DNA from: Eledone cirrhosa | Lineage: Eukaryota | Reading direction: 5' to 3' | Assembly: GCA_964016885.1 (NCBI GenBank) | Contig: OZ024757.1 | Span: 1,488,001-1,552,000 of the forward strand | DNA: 64,000 bases | In this document: positions 62,755 through 64,000 of the stretch, piece by piece | How the letters are laid out: each line of letters begins with the position of its first letter | How positions within the stretch are numbered: position 1 is the first letter of the stretch | Translations under genes and position numbers: made by a program | Notes under the pieces: generated by a model | Database searches by the model: none | Seen by the model: only the letters and a program-made list of their open reading frames with translations | Told to the model about the DNA's origin: nothing

Positions 62755-64000
62755 ACGGAGGAAATGTGGTAAGGAACCAGGTGGACCATAACGCACCAAA
62801 GTACTCAATACGTAGGGTAGTAGAGTGGGTAATAGGAACGAGTAGGACCCCGACGGCTGAGCTCAAGCCGTTTCGACGGCTAATTCTGGACTAAATGAAA
62901 ATTTTTATCCTGGTATTTGAATAGCCGAGCTTCTCAAGGGGTAATTCCATATATGGTAAAAGTGATTGTCACAAGGATTGGTCAAAAGTTTGTTGTTGAG
63001 ACATAATAATTCTATCATGGCAATTTGTGGAGGGAAGGGGTAGCTGAACCTGCCAGTAGGAGAAAGAGGGAGAGGGGTGGGGGTACTGAGGCTACAAAGG
63101 ACCGAGGGGCTGCCTCGGGTGGGCGAGAAAATGAAAAGGACGAGGACAAGGGGTGTGAGAGGGGAGATTCTGAATTAATTTTCCGTATCAAATTTTACAT
63201 ATACTTCGTACAAGCATTTATGTAGTTTGCACTAGAATTTTTGTATCGTGGCGGCACCTTTAGAGATAGTATTAGTATTCTTTTTCGGGATTCTGAATTA
63301 TTATTTCGTATTAGTTTATTTTTTTGCACTGGGTGGTTGCTGGCCTTGTGCCAAGGGTAGAAACCTTTATTTATTATCTCGTGGTAGTTTCTTTAGTATT
63401 TTGGCCCCTCACTTGTTGACCTGTCACCGTAAGATATACTCGGTTTATTACTTATAGCTCTTAAAAGGGTTTCATTATAATTCCGTCCCACCTAGTAAAC
63501 CTTTCTTTAGCCTAGCAGTACCAGTGAGAGACTTGATAGCTGTCCTTAGGTCGTAGTAACCAGAAATTGTTTTTTTTTTTTTTTACATTTAATTGCTTTT
63601 TAACACTCTCGGTATTTTTCTATATATTTACCCCATGTTGTTTTACTTATTCTTTCGACTTCCTCCCCCTCGCCCTCCCTAGTATCTTCTTTGACCTCAT
63701 GCCCAGCTGTAGTTGGCACTAACAACGCATGACTGGGTCTCCTCCACCCCCTCTCCCTCTTTCTCCTACTGGCAGGTTCAGCTACCCCTTCCCTCCACAA
63801 ATTGCCATGATAGAATTATTATGTCTCAACAACAAACTTTTGACCAATCATTGTGACAATCACTTTTACCATATATGGAATTACCCCTTGAGAAGCTCGG
63901 CTATTCAAATACCAGGATAAAAATTTTCATTTAGTCCAGAATTAGCCGTCGAAACAGCTTGAGCTCAGCCGTCGGGGTCTTACCTGTTCCTATTACCCAC
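62755..64000. mobile_element. Unclassified element with long inverted repeats (at least 255 bp), right arm cut by the window edge
   Basis: 62825-63082 is the near-identical reverse complement of 63743-64000. The left end abuts (TA)n. Confidence 0.7.

Overview
Eukaryotic, repeat-dominated DNA with no prokaryotic features and no confidently identifiable intact host gene. The SINE, LINE and microsatellite repertoire suggests an invertebrate, probably a cephalopod such as an octopus (inference from repeat style only). Bases 1-39321 are one 54-bp satellite array (about 728 units, open at the left edge). Its unit is hairpin-forming and CpG-free, and the array contains 1.9-2.9 kb higher-order duplications. 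The huge ORFs in the track are by-products of its 18-codon period. Bases 39.3-64 kb are a mosaic of decayed mobile elements: four pieces of one Tx1/L1-clade LINE family whose ends abut TC/TCTA-type repeats; a Penelope-like GIY-YIG endonuclease remnant that the ORF track misses, with inverted pseudo-LTRs; about seven minimal hammerhead-ribozyme motifs; a piggyBac-type MITE holding a LINE with a 76-bp target duplication and a 72-bp minisatellite; CR1 and RTE fragments; a DD37D Tc1/mariner remnant; and tRNA-derived SINEs. There are also 48-bp and 69-bp minisatellites, the latter possibly inside a real minus-strand exon. I found no demonstrably new biological system; the best leads are listed as findings.
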